From IMG/VR virus record IMGVR_UViG_3300034524_000090, positions 55,805-119,804 of that record: a DNA stretch of 64,000 nt; one strand, given 5' to 3'. Positions 45,183 to 55,421 of this stretch are shown here, piece after piece. The translations under genes were made by a program, and so were the position numbers. The notes under the pieces were generated by a model, which was not told where the DNA came from, made no database searches, and saw only the letters and a program-made list of their open reading frames with translations. The stretch comes from a virus. Within the stretch, counting starts at the first letter, position 1; every line of letters starts with the position of its first letter.

Positions 45183-45521
45183 TTATTTTATTATTTCATT
45201 TAAGAGGATAACATCCTCTTTCGTCATTTTAGACTTTATATATAATCTTTTTTGTATGGCATTCAATGTCGCTATGCTTATATATCCTTGATCTGTAATA
45301 AATGCTACTGTATTATTCTCTGTCAGGTATTTAACTATTTTAATCTTTAAAGCATCCTCCGCTTTTTTGATAGCATTCTTTATAATGTCTTCTGTTATTT
45401 CATTGCTTTTTTTGGCCTTTAATTCTTTGTTTTCTTGTTCTAATACTGCAATTTTTGCTTTTAATGCTTGTAATTCCGCTAAAATAGCATCATTAATCTG
45501 GTTAGCTTTTTTTGTAGCCAT
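45183..45521 (-). CDS. Hypothetical coiled-coil protein
   Basis: GGAGG RBS; terminator hairpin downstream. Confidence 0.7.
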   Translation of the reverse strand: MATKKANQINDAILAELQALKAKIAVLEQENKELKAKKSNEITEDIIKNAIKKAEDALKIKIVKYLTENNTVAFITDQGYISIATLNAIQKRLYIKSKMTKEDVILLNEIIK

Positions 45522-45602
45522 TACAATCTACCTCCAATAATTGGGATTTATTAACTTGTTTTAACGTCCTAGCCAGATAGCTGGCTGTGGACGTAAATAT
45601 GT

Positions 45603-45767
45603 TTACGCAAGTTTAGCTAAATATAAACTTACTTTTCGTTGAATCTCTTCCATATTACAGTATTTACAATTCCTGAAACAACTATCACAGAATTTTTCCC
45701 AGTTAATTGGCTTATTCATGCGTATTTGCTTTGCTACATACTGAAGGATTCTTTCTTCCCTTGTCAT
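45603..45767 (-). CDS. 54-aa CxxCxxxCxxC protein, first gene of the early array (not in ORF track)
   Basis: AAAGGAG-7 nt-ATG; MTREERILQYVAKQIRMNKPINWEKFCDSCFRNCKYCNMEEIQRKVSLYLAKLA. Confidence 0.7.
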   Translation of the reverse strand: MTREERILQYVAKQIRMNKPINWEKFCDSCFRNCKYCNMEEIQRKVSLYLAKLA

Positions 45768-46037
45768 TGTTGTACTCCTTTCTTTTGGACTTGCGCTTTA
45801 TTCACTTGTCAAAGAACTCGCTTAATATATTCGACGTTTTTTCATACATTCCTTCTTTCCGCATAAAAATTTTTGTTGTTTTTTTATCGCTTGTCAGCTA
45901 TTGATATATCTATGTTTGAAGTCTTTTTTTCAATTGTCTGAAGATAAAAACTTTGAGGCATAAGATGCATAGTTATGCAGTATAATGCTGGGTTTATACA
46001 AGCTACCTTATTATATATATATAAAACATATATAAAT

Positions 46038-46128
46038 GTATTAGACGCATTGACGTATTAATGTATTGGACGTATTGACGTATTGAGGTATTGATGTATT
46101 GTTGTATTGTTGTATTGGACGCATTGTT
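46038..46128. repeat. 11 tandem 8-9-bp GTATTGNN repeats (iteron-like)
   Basis: gtattagac gcattgac gtattaat gtattggac gtattgac gtattgag gtattgat gtattgtt gtattgtt gtattggac gcattgtt. Confidence 0.85.
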
Positions 46129-46661
46129 GGTTTCCTTATTTTCCCATGATTTCATTGTATATATTGTATATACACACTATATATTTATTATTCCGATGAG
46201 TTTACTAGGATTTCGTATAAAAGATATTATACGAAATACGTTCCTGGCTTTGTTTATCTATACTGTATTTATTCTCTATATGTTTTAATATGGTTTATAT
46301 AGGGGCGGTATTTTCATCACTATTTATGCTTGCATATATACGCATCCTAGCGCACACCCACACATTACTCGGCCCCCAAAAAACACAATCCAACCGTCCA
46401 AAAACGGCCTAATTGATCCTTAGTAGACATAATATAATAAGACCTATATATGCGACATATTACACTTGACAATTTAGGCTTTCCTGTTGACAAAATAGGC
46501 TAATACGTCTACTGCTGTATAGGGCCTATAACAGAAAAGGCTAAATAGAAAAAAGCTAGTATTCGATAATACCAAATGGGTTTTAGATCATATTAAGCAT
46601 AAAGGTTTTTAGACACAAAAAAGGCCCAATTAAAACTTCTAATTGAGCTTAAATAAACTAT

Positions 46662-47183
46662 CTATATTGGGTTATCTTTGATAAATTTGGCTTTAGCTTT
46701 ATTAAAATCTCCTGGGCCATAACGGGCTAAAATATCTTTGGCTGTATTGATTATCTTTTTGGCTTCCTCTCTTTGTGATTTAGGCCATTTGACGGCTGAT
46801 GAACGGATATATTTTAGATTTTCATTATACCAATGGAATACTATCCATTCTTGTTCTGTTAGGGCTTCTATTTCAGGTATTTGATGTTCATCAGTAATAT
46901 TTAAAAAGCAATCCATATGCAAAGGATCATCTAGGCGATCATATATCTTTATATCTAATCTTATCAAAGGAAACTTTTCTATCTCGTAGAGTTCTAATCT
47001 TACTGAGTGGATGGCATTTTTACAGGCTTTTATTGTCTTATTGTCTATATGGATAAATAAACTACACCCCATATTAGTCCATATAGGTATAACGCCATAA
47101 CCTATTTGGTTAAAGGCTTCTATTATTTCAGGTGGTAAATAATCAGGAGGGGCTATTAGGATTTCTGGCGGGATTTTTTGCAC
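46662..47183 (-). CDS. Hypothetical protein
   Basis: Stand-alone ORF, AGAGG RBS before GTG. Confidence 0.7.
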   Translation of the reverse strand: MQKIPPEILIAPPDYLPPEIIEAFNQIGYGVIPIWTNMGCSLFIHIDNKTIKACKNAIHSVRLELYEIEKFPLIRLDIKIYDRLDDPLHMDCFLNITDEHQIPEIEALTEQEWIVFHWYNENLKYIRSSAVKWPKSQREEAKKIINTAKDILARYGPGDFNKAKAKFIKDNPI

Positions 47184-47317
47184 AACAACACCTCTTTTGA
47201 TATTATAACCCTAAATCCTATAAAAATAAAAGGCCCTATAGGGGCCTATTTAACTAAAGTTTAATATTAAATTTATTATTATATTTTAAGGGGATTAAAG
47301 TTTAATAAAATCTTAAT

Positions 47318-47833
47318 TTATTCTTTCAAGGTTACAGTTATGCCCGTTTTAGGATTATCTTTAGGATAATACATTATAGCTTTAGGCATAGATGTGATAT
47401 ATTTACTGGTTCTGTATTTAGAAGAATACCCAGGAGGTATTAGATCCTCTTCTTTAGAACCTATAGTAGAAACATTTCCATTGGGCCAAACTATTTCAAA
47501 GCTAGAAGGATAAAATTTAATTGGTTGATTTGACGGATTAACAACGTCTACAATATATTGTTTTTCTAGTTTATCATATATAAAATTTATAAAGGTAAAA
47601 GGTCTCTTTCTTTCTATAACTGTTATTACACGATATTGTTCATTATCAATATCAGGTATATTTTTCGCCACTCTAAAACTGGAAGCATTACTATTATATA
47701 TAAAAATAATAATAAAGAATAATGCTATTAAACCTGTGATTAAACCTATTACAAGACGTTTATTATTTTTTGCTGTTTCTGTTGTTTTCTCATTTTTCTC
47801 TGCGGCCAGATTTTTTTCAGGCGGTAAGGACAT
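47318..47833 (-). CDS. Membrane-anchored protein with own promoter (moron-like)
   Basis: Single N-terminal TM, beta-rich ectodomain; TTTACA-17-TATAAT at 47868-47896. Confidence 0.7.
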   Translation of the reverse strand: MSLPPEKNLAAEKNEKTTETAKNNKRLVIGLITGLIALFFIIIFIYNSNASSFRVAKNIPDIDNEQYRVITVIERKRPFTFINFIYDKLEKQYIVDVVNPSNQPIKFYPSSFEIVWPNGNVSTIGSKEEDLIPPGYSSKYRTSKYITSMPKAIMYYPKDNPKTGITVTLKE

Positions 47834-47946
47834 CGCTATAACCTCCTTAGTTTTGTTTTACAAGGAAATTATAGCATATCCTGACAGAACTGTAAAGGTA
47901 TTTTTTAATTAACCACACAATGACGTACAAGCTCTTTAGGATTATC

Positions 47947-48453
47947 TTAATAATATTTTTTTACAATTTCTTCATCAGATAATGCTTTTGGATTTAATTT
48001 TATATTAGCTATAGAACTGTTATTTTTGTTTTTCAAAATGCCCAATACAGCTTCTCCTAAAGCTTCAACTAAAGTTACCCCACTGTATCTCTGATTTTTT
48101 TCTCTAATTATCACTTCCCATCCCCAATAGTAATGAATTTCAAAAGGGATATTCCAGTCTATCAGTATCTCAATTAGATCTGTCACAGTAGGCGCCCAAA
48201 TACAATGTGAAGAAGGAATAGGTATTATATTTTTAGCTCCTAGACTTTCTATATAAAGACATTTTTCATCTTCAAGACTAATTATCTTTGATTTTACATA
48301 ACATGGTATTAATGAAGTATGCTGTTTAATATGTGATACATATCTATACGTGTATCTTAAATGATAAGTATAATCACCTATTTTGGGCTTCCATTGTAAA
48401 CCTTTTTTGTTTAATTTTTCAGCCAGCGATAAATTAACTGTTTCTTGAGGCAC
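47947..48453 (-). CDS. Hypothetical protein
   Basis: LAEKL..GLQWKPKIGD..WAPT. Confidence 0.65.
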   Translation of the reverse strand: MPQETVNLSLAEKLNKKGLQWKPKIGDYTYHLRYTYRYVSHIKQHTSLIPCYVKSKIISLEDEKCLYIESLGAKNIIPIPSSHCIWAPTVTDLIEILIDWNIPFEIHYYWGWEVIIREKNQRYSGVTLVEALGEAVLGILKNKNNSSIANIKLNPKALSDEEIVKKYY

Positions 48454-48456
48454 TAG

Positions 48457-48918
48457 TTATTTCCCCCTTTCTTCTAAAAATCTATATCCCGTTTCCTCAA
48501 TTAAATTAAGAAGCCTTATATATTCTTCTTCTGTTATATCATGTCCATTTAATTTAGCTACCTCGGTCTGCCCCCGATGTTTATACCAACTGAAATAATA
48601 GACATCATGATGTTCTATTTGGCCGTTTTCCCAATATTTATCAACATCGTCATGAATAATAACAGCATAAGCCTGATCCTCATAGTAATAAAAATTAACT
48701 ATAAGATAACCACTACTAACTTCATATCCTCTCTGCCAGGAATCGCTTGTTTCGATTTCATAAAAATAATGTCTGATTATATTATCTCCACCAGCCCAAT
48801 TATCAGGATTAAATTTGCCGTTAATAAACATCGGAGAGGGTTTACTATTTGTGCCACGTTTATTAAATTCTTCATATTGCCTAATTCTTAGTCTTTCTAA
48901 ATCGTCTTTTGTAATCAT
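48457..48918 (-). CDS. Hypothetical protein
   Basis: AGGAGG RBS; SWYKHRG motif. Confidence 0.65.
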   Translation of the reverse strand: MITKDDLERLRIRQYEEFNKRGTNSKPSPMFINGKFNPDNWAGGDNIIRHYFYEIETSDSWQRGYEVSSGYLIVNFYYYEDQAYAVIIHDDVDKYWENGQIEHHDVYYFSWYKHRGQTEVAKLNGHDITEEEYIRLLNLIEETGYRFLEERGK

Positions 48919-48986
48919 TCAGTTAAACTTTACCCTCCTTTTTATGCTGATTTTTATTGCGTTTTATTGTGATTATTATTGTGTTT

Positions 48987-49865
48987 TTACTGATAATGTA
49001 TACCTAAATAATTTAAAACATCTTTTAGGCCCAATTTATAAATGCAGTATTCCCATAGTTGAGGATGGGTTTCTTTTAGTTTTTGAAATCTATTAGGTTT
49101 TTTGTCTAGGTGGATACCAAACATGCAAAAAATACAGCCTGTACGTTCATAACCCATATCATATACTTTAGAATAAGGAATATTATACTTATGAATATAA
49201 TCCCATATATCTTGTTCTAGCCAAAAACTTAGAGGCTTGGATAAAGGTCTTTTTGAATCGTAAATATTACATCCAGTTTGTAGATATATCTGTTTCCTTC
49301 TAGCACTGTCAGCGGCCAGTAGGCCAATATAAGGTTTTAGCCCTGTTCTTCTTTCAAAATTCATCACTGGTCCCTCTTTTAAATGATAACAACATTGTTC
49401 TGATATTTTAAAAGGAGCGTCTACAAGGTATTTCCACCTGTCGCTGATTTTTCCTGTCTTATACTTCCCTACCCCGTTCCACCTTTTTTCTCTTAGTTGT
49501 TCTGATTTGGATTGGCGGTATTCTCTTATATATTGAGCCTGTTCTTTACTTATTACAGGATAACCATATTTTTCAATTATCTCTTTAAAGGTTTTTTTGG
49601 GTCTAATCCAGATAACATTATCTAAGGTCTTTACAAATTCTCTGTTTTCAGGAAACTCTAGGCCAGTATCTACAAAAATAGCATGCACATCAGGATAAAT
49701 AGTTCTTACTAAGTGTAATAGAACTGTACTGTCTTTACCGCCGCTTATAGAAACATATACATCTCCATTCCAGTATTCATACCACTCCTGAATCCGTAGA
49801 AGTGATTTTTGTATTTTTAATTCTAAGGGTAAAGATTGTAGTTGTTTTAATTCCCAAGCTTCCAT
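48987..49865 (-). CDS. PAPS-reductase-family (PP-loop) protein
   Basis: SISGGKDS, DTGLEFPE, CCYHLKE, RTGCIFC. Confidence 0.88.
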   Translation of the reverse strand: MEAWELKQLQSLPLELKIQKSLLRIQEWYEYWNGDVYVSISGGKDSTVLLHLVRTIYPDVHAIFVDTGLEFPENREFVKTLDNVIWIRPKKTFKEIIEKYGYPVISKEQAQYIREYRQSKSEQLREKRWNGVGKYKTGKISDRWKYLVDAPFKISEQCCYHLKEGPVMNFERRTGLKPYIGLLAADSARRKQIYLQTGCNIYDSKRPLSKPLSFWLEQDIWDYIHKYNIPYSKVYDMGYERTGCIFCMFGIHLDKKPNRFQKLKETHPQLWEYCIYKLGLKDVLNYLGIHYQ

Positions 49866-49884
49866 TTACATTTCCCCTTTTAAG

Positions 49885-50121
49885 TCATGAAAAAATCCTC
49901 ACTATAAGCGAAAGAAACCAGTCTATTACCGCCAAAATACACAAGATAGAAAAAGCTAGAAGAAGCCCGCCTATACCGCCCCATAATCCACCAAAGAAAA
50001 CATTACCACTTTTGAATTCAATTTCAGAACAGGATAAAATAGAGGCCCCTATCGCACCCACAAAAAGTCCTACAATAAGACAGGTTAAAATTGTTAACAT
50101 ATATACTCTCCTTTTATCCAA
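49885..50121 (-). CDS. Small membrane protein
   Basis: Two Gly-rich hydrophobic helices. Confidence 0.55.
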   Translation of the reverse strand: MDKRRVYMLTILTCLIVGLFVGAIGASILSCSEIEFKSGNVFFGGLWGGIGGLLLAFSILCILAVIDWFLSLIVRIFS

Positions 50122-50142
50122 TATGACATATTTTGTTTCTCC

Positions 50143-50430
50143 TTAACAATTATACTTCTTTCTGATATACATTTCAAAAGAAGTTATATGTGGCGTTATT
50201 GCAAACCAAACAATTACTAGAACAAAACCTGATACAATACCTAATACTGCTAAAGAATAACTAATATAATGGGTTACAAATAAAATTAGACTGATTAACC
50301 ATATACTATGACAACATACTAATATTAATACCCATATTATATCTAGTAGGGTTAATAATTTTTTTCCTGTTGTTTGGGTTTTGTTGTAGGAATTATATTC
50401 GTCTATTAGTAGACGGGCCAAATTCAGCAT
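50143..50430 (-). CDS. Small membrane protein
   Basis: Two hydrophobic helices. Confidence 0.6.
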   Translation of the reverse strand: MLNLARLLIDEYNSYNKTQTTGKKLLTLLDIIWVLILVCCHSIWLISLILFVTHYISYSLAVLGIVSGFVLVIVWFAITPHITSFEMYIRKKYNC

Positions 50431-50478
50431 AACAACACCCCCTGTGGGAAACTAAAGATAGTAATTTATACAATATAA

Positions 50479-50937
50479 TCATAGACAACCTCTCACCATT
50501 TTATTAATCATAATCTCATAGATCTGTTCAGCCAGATCTGTTAGAGTTTTTCTATTATTGTCTACCCAACAAATTTGCGGGTGGAAATACATCGGAGGCA
50601 ATTTAGCTAGTTGTTCTGGTATATTATTCAATAGTGGTGTTACATCATCAATAGCAATTACTATCTTTTTCAACGCCACAGCTATACCTATTTCTATATG
50701 TGTGCCTTTTCCACCTGGAAAAAGCACTATCAATACATCCGAATCTTCTATTGCATATGCTTCATTTACAGCAATATCAATATAATTGTCATATACAGTG
50801 CAAGTAGTCCAATCATAAGTCCATTTCCAACCATAGTTTTTTACTAATAACTCGGCCAATTTACGTACTTGTTCTTTATTATCCCAACCAGAAGCAATAT
50901 AAAATTTTACTTTATCAAAAACGAATTTTTGCTTCAT
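50479..50937 (-). CDS. Nucleoside 2-deoxyribosyltransferase-like protein
   Basis: FYIAS, TYDWT, AIEDSDVLIV..GGKGTHIEIGIA. Confidence 0.75.
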   Translation of the reverse strand: MKQKFVFDKVKFYIASGWDNKEQVRKLAELLVKNYGWKWTYDWTTCTVYDNYIDIAVNEAYAIEDSDVLIVLFPGGKGTHIEIGIAVALKKIVIAIDDVTPLLNNIPEQLAKLPPMYFHPQICWVDNNRKTLTDLAEQIYEIMINKMVRGCL

Positions 50938-51827
50938 ACAACTACTCCTTTTCTGACAATGTTAAACATATCTATAATATTATCTAACATTTTATATCGT
51001 TGACCAGATATTGAGTTGGCCGCAAATTCGCCTTTAGTTAAATCTATATACATCGTAAACTGTCCATCATCGCCCATATAGAATTCATTCCAATCTTTTT
51101 CTGTCAGTATTCTTTTAATGCCTAATTGTTTAATCGCCAAATTATCAAAGCTAATAATCCTGAATCCTTTAATTATCTCAGTGATATTTTGGTAAAATTG
51201 TTTTTTATTATTTTCAACATCAGAGGAATAATAAGTTCTACCCCTGCCGATTTCTTTGTATCCTAAAATTAATATTTTAAGATTTTTATTATATAGTTTT
51301 CGCAACTCGTCTAACGAAATAACACCATTGATAATATGAATTACTGCATTTGAATATTGTTTAACAAGATTAATAAATTCATCTGTCACTTTGACCAACG
51401 ATACACCTAAACCTTTAATTAAATCATTACTGATCAGGTAACGAATTAGAGCCTGATTAGTCATAAAGTGGTTCTGGTTAACTGTAATATTGGCAATTAT
51501 ATTCTTAGATTCGAGCTTAGTTAAAAACGGTATCAACTGTGGATGACTTAAAGGATTGCCACCACCTATAGCAATTTCCGTATAGGGGTGTATACTATCT
51601 ATAAGTCTTATAACTAAATTGGCATCTAAATTAGCATGTTGACCATTTGGTGTAGAATCCTCATAGCAGTGGAGACATCCCATATCGCAGTAATTTGTAA
51701 TTTTAAGATCAATACTTTCAGGAAATATAGGTATAAAAACTTCTGCTTTTGTTTCTCTTATTTTAGTACCGTCATCGAATATTCTCACTGTATAGTTACC
51801 ATTTTGATACTTACCAAGTAATTTCAT
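50934..51827 (-). CDS. Radical SAM protein
   Basis: CDMGCLHC (CxxxCxxC), IAIGGGNP, ANITVNQ. Confidence 0.88.
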   Translation of the reverse strand: MKLLGKYQNGNYTVRIFDDGTKIRETKAEVFIPIFPESIDLKITNYCDMGCLHCYEDSTPNGQHANLDANLVIRLIDSIHPYTEIAIGGGNPLSHPQLIPFLTKLESKNIIANITVNQNHFMTNQALIRYLISNDLIKGLGVSLVKVTDEFINLVKQYSNAVIHIINGVISLDELRKLYNKNLKILILGYKEIGRGRTYYSSDVENNKKQFYQNITEIIKGFRIISFDNLAIKQLGIKRILTEKDWNEFYMGDDGQFTMYIDLTKGEFAANSISGQRYKMLDNIIDMFNIVRKGVVV

Positions 51828-51841
51828 AACAAAACCTCCAA

Positions 51842-52141
51842 TTAACCATCATAACTATATTTTCCAAACGCCACTATTTCATCGCCTTTAGGAGTAGTAT
51901 ATTCAACTTCAAATGTATAGTAGTCATTAAAATAGTCATCATAAGTAGCGTAGTCGTCTTCATAATAAATCACAAATTTATCTACAGGTTCAGCCTTCTC
52001 TTTTGGGATAAATTTTTTATTGTAAATATCAAATAGTAGTTCACCCTTCTTCCATTTCTCATATTCTTCTTTGGTACATATTGTGATACTATGCGTCATA
52101 CTACTATTGGTTTCAAAAACGCCCCTGCGAATTACTTTCAT
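51842..52141 (-). CDS. FETNSS-motif protein 2
   Basis: MKVIRRGVFETNSSMTHSITIC. Confidence 0.75.
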   Translation of the reverse strand: MKVIRRGVFETNSSMTHSITICTKEEYEKWKKGELLFDIYNKKFIPKEKAEPVDKFVIYYEDDYATYDDYFNDYYTFEVEYTTPKGDEIVAFGKYSYDG

Positions 52142-52158
52142 AAATTATTCCTCCTTTG

Positions 52159-52653
52159 TTAATTTCCTTTATAATACTCTTCGTGCGGATATGACACATT
52201 AATTTCTACATCATAATCGTCATTATCATTGCCTGTAATAATAAAGCTTTGAGAGGAAAATAGATATTTTAGTAATTTATCGTCGTCATAGCAAATATTA
52301 ATAAAATCATCTAGTGCATAAACATGATCGATATAACCATAATCTAAATATTTATAGCCATTATTGTCAATCACATATTTAGGTTCTTCAAAAATACATT
52401 CAATGCCTTTACGTTTCAATATTGATCTTATATTGCTAAGTAAATCTTCTCGCCCCATTTCAAGAATAGCTGTATAGAGATAACTAGCTTTTGTTTCAGG
52501 GTCATTGTATTTTCCATATTCCCATCCAAATTCTCCCACTCTGAATACAATTTCATCCCTTAATTGATCAAGCAAATCAGTTTGAGTTACACAAATAGAG
52601 TGGGTACTGCTTGAATTGGTTTCAAAAATATTCCTTCTAATTTTTACTCCCAT
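52159..52653 (-). CDS. FETNSS-motif protein 1
   Basis: KIRRNIFETNSSSTHSICV, GYIDH, GNDN. Confidence 0.75.
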   Translation of the reverse strand: MGVKIRRNIFETNSSSTHSICVTQTDLLDQLRDEIVFRVGEFGWEYGKYNDPETKASYLYTAILEMGREDLLSNIRSILKRKGIECIFEEPKYVIDNNGYKYLDYGYIDHVYALDDFINICYDDDKLLKYLFSSQSFIITGNDNDDYDVEINVSYPHEEYYKGN

Positions 52654-52792
52654 AAATATCCCTCCAACTTTCTCTGTAATATGGATTTTCTACCCGTATG
52701 TATCCACAATATGGACAGGTTACATAACGTTCTGATGCGTCATAAGTACCATAAAATACATTATTACAACGTGGACACCAACAAGAAACCAT
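52637..52792 (-). CDS. 51-aa Zn-ribbon protein (not in ORF track)
   Basis: MVSCWCPRC...TCPYCG; AAGGAG/GAGG RBS preceded by R2. Confidence 0.6.
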   Translation of the reverse strand: MVSCWCPRCNNVFYGTYDASERYVTCPYCGYIRVENPYYRESWRDIYGSKN

Positions 52793-52870
52793 TTGCCTCT
52801 CTCCTTAACCACATATCTTCTTTGAAATGTACATTATCTTTCATTTTCAATACTCCTACCTTTGCTTTTT

Positions 52871-53575
52871 TTATGAAGCTAAAATTAGTTGTGCATAGTG
52901 TAGGTTTTTATTTTGTACTGTTTCTAGCAGATTATTGCCATATACTCTAACTTTATAAACTAACTTTTGATATAGCTTACTAAAAGACTTGCCCAACAGT
53001 ATACCGTAGGCTTCATACAGTTTCGCCATTCTAGCCAAAGTGTTTAAATAGTATACTGGTTTGATAACATTGCTTTCATTAAGCTCTACTGCTCGTAAAA
53101 ATATTGGCGTCTTGATCAAACCAGCATCTAGAGTATACATAGCTGTACAAATGTCTAAATCAAATATCTCTGGTATTGCTCTTGTTATATCTTCACTTTT
53201 TATTTTTAAAATAGTTAAATCTACTAATAGACTATCTGGTATATTTAATAAACAGGTTCTATCTACATATTTAGATAAATTAGTAAAGCTACATGGCGCA
53301 TAAGGATCATCTCCCAAAGGCGGTCTAGGGTATTCACCAGAATTATCGGAGTTCCAATGTATTTTTGGTACGCCATACATAGCAATTAATTGATTTACCT
53401 GTTCGGCCTCTTCAAAAGAACAGAAAACATCTATATCCCTGATTTCTTTTTTGTTTATCAGACTAAGTATCGATCCGCCAGAAATTACAGCAGTATTCAA
53501 TTGTAAATTGGATAATACTTTGTCTAATACATCAAACCTCATATTAAACTCCCCTTCTTTTTCTTCTTGTGACAC
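52871..53575 (-). CDS. Nucleotidyltransferase-like protein (probable start MRFD, 53543)
   Basis: ISGGS..RDIDVF and FDLDIC motifs of CCA/poly(A)-polymerase head domains. Confidence 0.6.
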   Translation of the reverse strand: MSQEEKEGEFNMRFDVLDKVLSNLQLNTAVISGGSILSLINKKEIRDIDVFCSFEEAEQVNQLIAMYGVPKIHWNSDNSGEYPRPPLGDDPYAPCSFTNLSKYVDRTCLLNIPDSLLVDLTILKIKSEDITRAIPEIFDLDICTAMYTLDAGLIKTPIFLRAVELNESNVIKPVYYLNTLARMAKLYEAYGILLGKSFSKLYQKLVYKVRVYGNNLLETVQNKNLHYAQLILAS

Positions 53576-53602
53576 ATTCTAAACATAATGCGGTATTATC
53601 TA

Positions 53603-53926
53603 TTAGCCCAACGGGAACTTCCGATCATCTAACCATTCGCTTAATAATTGTCTTCTTTCGGCATTACTGTCAGCACACAACCATTTTTTACCTTGTTCTT
53701 TATCAAGTATAAGTAGCACTCTCCCATCTTGTAGACAAATGTGACCAATTGTATCACCATGACCGCAACACGAACCCCTCATGTCAATCCCACCGTTTTG
53801 AAGTGCCTGTACTAAATCAGCAATACAACCATCAATAGGTTTCCATTTAAAGATGTCTATACCCTCTGCAGATAAGTCTGCTGGAACTTTTACCCATACC
53901 AGTTTCTCATTGCCATGTTTGCACAT
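53603..53926 (-). CDS. Hypothetical phage protein (ID.CI..SCCGHG motif)
   Basis: IDGCIADLVQAL..GI....SCCGHG. Confidence 0.7.
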   Translation of the reverse strand: MCKHGNEKLVWVKVPADLSAEGIDIFKWKPIDGCIADLVQALQNGGIDMRGSCCGHGDTIGHICLQDGRVLLILDKEQGKKWLCADSNAERRQLLSEWLDDRKFPLG

Positions 53927-53955
53927 ATCTAATCTCCCGTGTGTTTTTTTAATCT

Positions 53956-54441
53956 TTAACTGGCATGTTCTTCAAGTATTTTATAGAACTCACTAGCCTT
54001 AATTTCTTTCATACCAACAGGAATTTTTTCACTATATAACGGCTCAATCGAACAATATACAGTTCCTTCTATGTCGAACAATCTTGTTCTGTATCTACCA
54101 CACACACCTTCAAAGTAAAATATAGGTGCAGGCTTGGGTAAAATTTTAAGTTTACTATCTTCTAAGGATTTAATCCATGCTTTACCAATTTTAGAATTAC
54201 GTTTAAAGGGTCTTAAACCATTACCAATATCTTTTCCGAGTGCTTTGCCAAATTTATCTAAGTCCTCTTGGGTGGGTACAATGTAAAATAGATTCTGCGA
54301 AGCGTGATATTCTTGAGAGGCGATATTATAGTCAGTCATAAATTTTTTAACGTGTTCGTATACTTTTTTACGATTTTCTTTCCAAGCAAAATAATCATGA
54401 TATAACGGCGATTCCTGGGTAACTATAAAATATTTTTCCAT
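53956..54441 (-). CDS. Hypothetical protein
   Basis: Co-oriented, coupled ORF; EIKASEFY end. Confidence 0.7.
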   Translation of the reverse strand: MEKYFIVTQESPLYHDYFAWKENRKKVYEHVKKFMTDYNIASQEYHASQNLFYIVPTQEDLDKFGKALGKDIGNGLRPFKRNSKIGKAWIKSLEDSKLKILPKPAPIFYFEGVCGRYRTRLFDIEGTVYCSIEPLYSEKIPVGMKEIKASEFYKILEEHAS

Positions 54442-54870
54442 TTAAACTTCCTCTCCTTGATAATCAAATTGTTCATATAGGCTATCTATGGTTAACTTTA
54501 CATCTTTCAAAATATCTTCAAGTGTATAAAATTGTCCTATATCGTCAATATGAGAATAATCACAACCTAATTCTACACACCGCTTATCATCCAAAGTAAA
54601 TATTTTTCTATACCAACTACATCCTCCATGAAAATATAAATTCATAATAGGTTTGCAAGCAGAGTAACAATAAAATTTCCAGCCTTCTTCCGTTATTGTA
54701 GGCTCTAACCATAAAGAATTTGCTAATTCTTTATCGGAAAATTTATCAAGGATTAGATAAATATAATAACACCAGTTATACTGTTCAAAAGGGTAATGTA
54801 TTTTAAAACTAATACCACGATACCTGCCAAACGCAATTTTTGTTTCTTTACATTCAATTATTTGTTGCAT
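54442..54870 (-). CDS. Hypothetical protein
   Basis: FHGGC..LGCDYSH motif. Confidence 0.7.
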   Translation of the reverse strand: MQQIIECKETKIAFGRYRGISFKIHYPFEQYNWCYYIYLILDKFSDKELANSLWLEPTITEEGWKFYCYSACKPIMNLYFHGGCSWYRKIFTLDDKRCVELGCDYSHIDDIGQFYTLEDILKDVKLTIDSLYEQFDYQGEEV

Positions 54871-54890
54871 TATTATTTACCTCCTATGGA

Positions 54891-55421
54891 TTATATATAA
54901 ATATTTATATTACCATTCTTTAGTTCTTCTAAATTTTCCTTGACTTTTTCTAGTTTCCACGTTAAATATCTAATTTGGGCCTCTATATTTTCAATTTCTT
55001 TATTTAAAACACTTTCCATCTTAGTAATAGACTTTTGAGCACCTTTTCTTTTAAACAATAATTTTTTACAACCATGTTGATATGACAAATCAAATATATC
55101 TTCGTCTGCATAATAATTTGTATCATATTCAGAAATCATTTCTACATCATCTAAATTGCATTTATAAAACAATTTTCCTTGTTTTAATGCTTCTTCAAGA
55201 GAAAACCTTTTACTGCAACTATTACTCTTAAAAACGTTATTTTCTTTATCGTAAAAAGACCAATAAGTATCTTCTAAATACATATTACCGTTTTTATCTT
55301 GTTTAACAATTAATTGCCCATCAAAACACCAGTATGGTTCATATATTTTTTCAAGTATTTCATTGTGATAAATAAACCTATATACATCGTTTAATTTTAA
55401 TTCCATTCTATTGCCCTCCAC
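54891..55421 (-). CDS. Hypothetical protein with C-terminal coiled coil
   Basis: Co-oriented ORF. Confidence 0.7.
   Translation of the reverse strand: MEGNRMELKLNDVYRFIYHNEILEKIYEPYWCFDGQLIVKQDKNGNMYLEDTYWSFYDKENNVFKSNSCSKRFSLEEALKQGKLFYKCNLDDVEMISEYDTNYYADEDIFDLSYQHGCKKLLFKRKGAQKSITKMESVLNKEIENIEAQIRYLTWKLEKVKENLEELKNGNINIYI

Noticed and set aside
46038-46128. CRISPR array
   Set aside because: 8-9-bp tandem units with no spacers and no cas operon
45639-46288. Plus-strand ORFs 45639, 45707 and 46091
   Set aside because: T-rich, no RBS, overlapping repeats or the minus-strand 54-aa gene
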